Below are positions 62,999 through 64,000 of a stretch of 64,000 nucleotides of DNA, in pieces. The stretch's first letter is position 1, and every line of letters starts with the position of its first letter. The notes under the pieces were generated by a model. It was not told where the DNA came from, ran no database searches, and saw only the letters and a program-made list of their open reading frames with translations. Position numbers and translations under genes: made by a program. The stretch is from positions 172,072-236,071 of IMG/VR virus record IMGVR_UViG_3300042511_000879; one strand, given 5' to 3'.

Positions 62999-63949
62999 TT
63001 AACCGTTAACTATTGTTTGAATTTTATATACGCATGCAAGCAACGTAATTACTGGGTCAATTACCAATGTTCTCTGTGCTTGATGTTCTGCAACGCAAAT
63101 TGCAATTTGTGGAATGTGTCGAGCGTTTTGAGGTTTTTCAGTTTGAATATACTCAATAAATTCTTGACCAAGTGTCTGCAGCACGTCATCTACTCTATTT
63201 GAATATTCACCTACAATATACTTATAGTTAACTACAGGGTCCATTTGATTAAAAATTAGGTCAAACATATCTTTATAGACTGAGTTAAATTTTTTAACAT
63301 CATCAACAGTAATATTTTGAGTACCTTGAGTTTTATATCCTTGTAATTTATTAAGAGTACTTCTTAGGTCTGGAAAGTTTCTTTTAACAAATTCTACTAA
63401 GGCTGGTTTTTCGATTGTCATTCCTTCCTTTCCACAAATATCATAAACCCTTCTAATATATTTCTTTGTCAATTCATTCTCTTCGGATTTATCAAAGTCA
63501 AAATTAATAACTTCAAAACGGGAAAGAATTGGATCTGGGATTTTATTAACATAATTACAAGTTGCAATAAAACGGGAGTTACTAGCAAACTGCTCCATGG
63601 TTGCACGAAGTGCTTTAAAGAATTGGTCAGATACACCATCAACCTCATCTAATATTACAACCTTAAATTTTCCTTGGTCATCCAGGATTGACATCGTTGA
63701 ACAGAAATCAGTGATCCGGGTTCTAATTACATCAACTGAAGTATCTGTAGATGCATTAATGTAGAGGTATGGTAATCCAAATTGGTTAACAATAGCTTTT
63801 GCTGTTGAGGTTTTACCCGTTCCAGGGCTACCTGCCAATAACATATTCTGTGTTAATCCATTTTCAAATTTCGACATTACACGTTCTGGAAGGATTAGGT
63901 CTTCTAGATTTTTAGGACGATATTTTTCTGTAAAAAGTGCTTGAATCAT
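62999..63949 (-). CDS. Clamp-loader large subunit (T4 gp44/RFC-like)
   Basis: EKYRP, GSPGTGKT, ILDEVD, ATCN, SRF and FPDLR motifs. Confidence 0.95.
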   Translation of the reverse strand: MIQALFTEKYRPKNLEDLILPERVMSKFENGLTQNMLLAGSPGTGKTSTAKAIVNQFGLPYLYINASTDTSVDVIRTRITDFCSTMSILDDQGKFKVVILDEVDGVSDQFFKALRATMEQFASNSRFIATCNYVNKIPDPILSRFEVINFDFDKSEENELTKKYIRRVYDICGKEGMTIEKPALVEFVKRNFPDLRSTLNKLQGYKTQGTQNITVDDVKKFNSVYKDMFDLIFNQMDPVVNYKYIVGEYSNRVDDVLQTLGQEFIEYIQTEKPQNARHIPQIAICVAEHQAQRTLVIDPVITLLACVYKIQTIVNG

Positions 63950-64000
63950 TTTTTAGGTTTAAGTTTATAGGTATTATATAAGAAGGTCTCTATAAGTTTC

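Noticed and set aside
1-64000. Stop-codon reassignment (code 15 or 4) or suppressor tRNA
   Set aside because: Core genes are intact in code 11, TAG and TGA end genes at tight junctions, and no CTA/TCA/TTA anticodon sits in a canonical loop.

Overview
64 kb of a large, AT-rich, T4-like myovirus (jumbo-phage style) genome using genetic code 11, with almost every gene on the minus strand. The host is very probably Bacteroidota (Flavobacterium-like): one gene carries a T9SS C-terminal sorting domain, one lipoprotein carries D-(S/T)-X O-glycosylation sequons, and leaders are A-rich without Shine-Dalgarno sequences. The right end (47.6-64 kb) holds core genes: clamp loader, RNase H/5'-3' exonuclease, neck, terminase, tail sheath, tail tube, baseplate hub/chaperone and tape measure. 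The rest is accessory DNA divided by 19 copies of a ~75-bp early-promoter cassette. It includes an NAD-rebuilding pair (PRPS-like + NAMPT-like) with a macrodomain, an RNA-repair set (RNA ligase, kinase, HAD, CCA-adding enzyme, PTH2-like), an Acb1-like 2H phosphoesterase and other proteins with a T4-like capsid-targeting motif, and a phage ECF sigma factor. The most interesting region is a 4.7-kb tRNA array (26963-31500) with 26 recognisable tRNAs covering all 20 amino acids, seven non-canonical tRNA-like RNAs (one circularly permuted), structured spacer RNAs and a ~375-nt candidate ncRNA. Upstream lie an rrn-type boxA and an unannotated 46-codon leader ORF. Its first 33 codons encode all 20 amino acids and it overlaps a terminator/antiterminator switch, which suggests an attenuator that senses the health of the whole tRNA pool. 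All RNA structures were folded by eye and protein calls rest on motif recognition; no searches were run.
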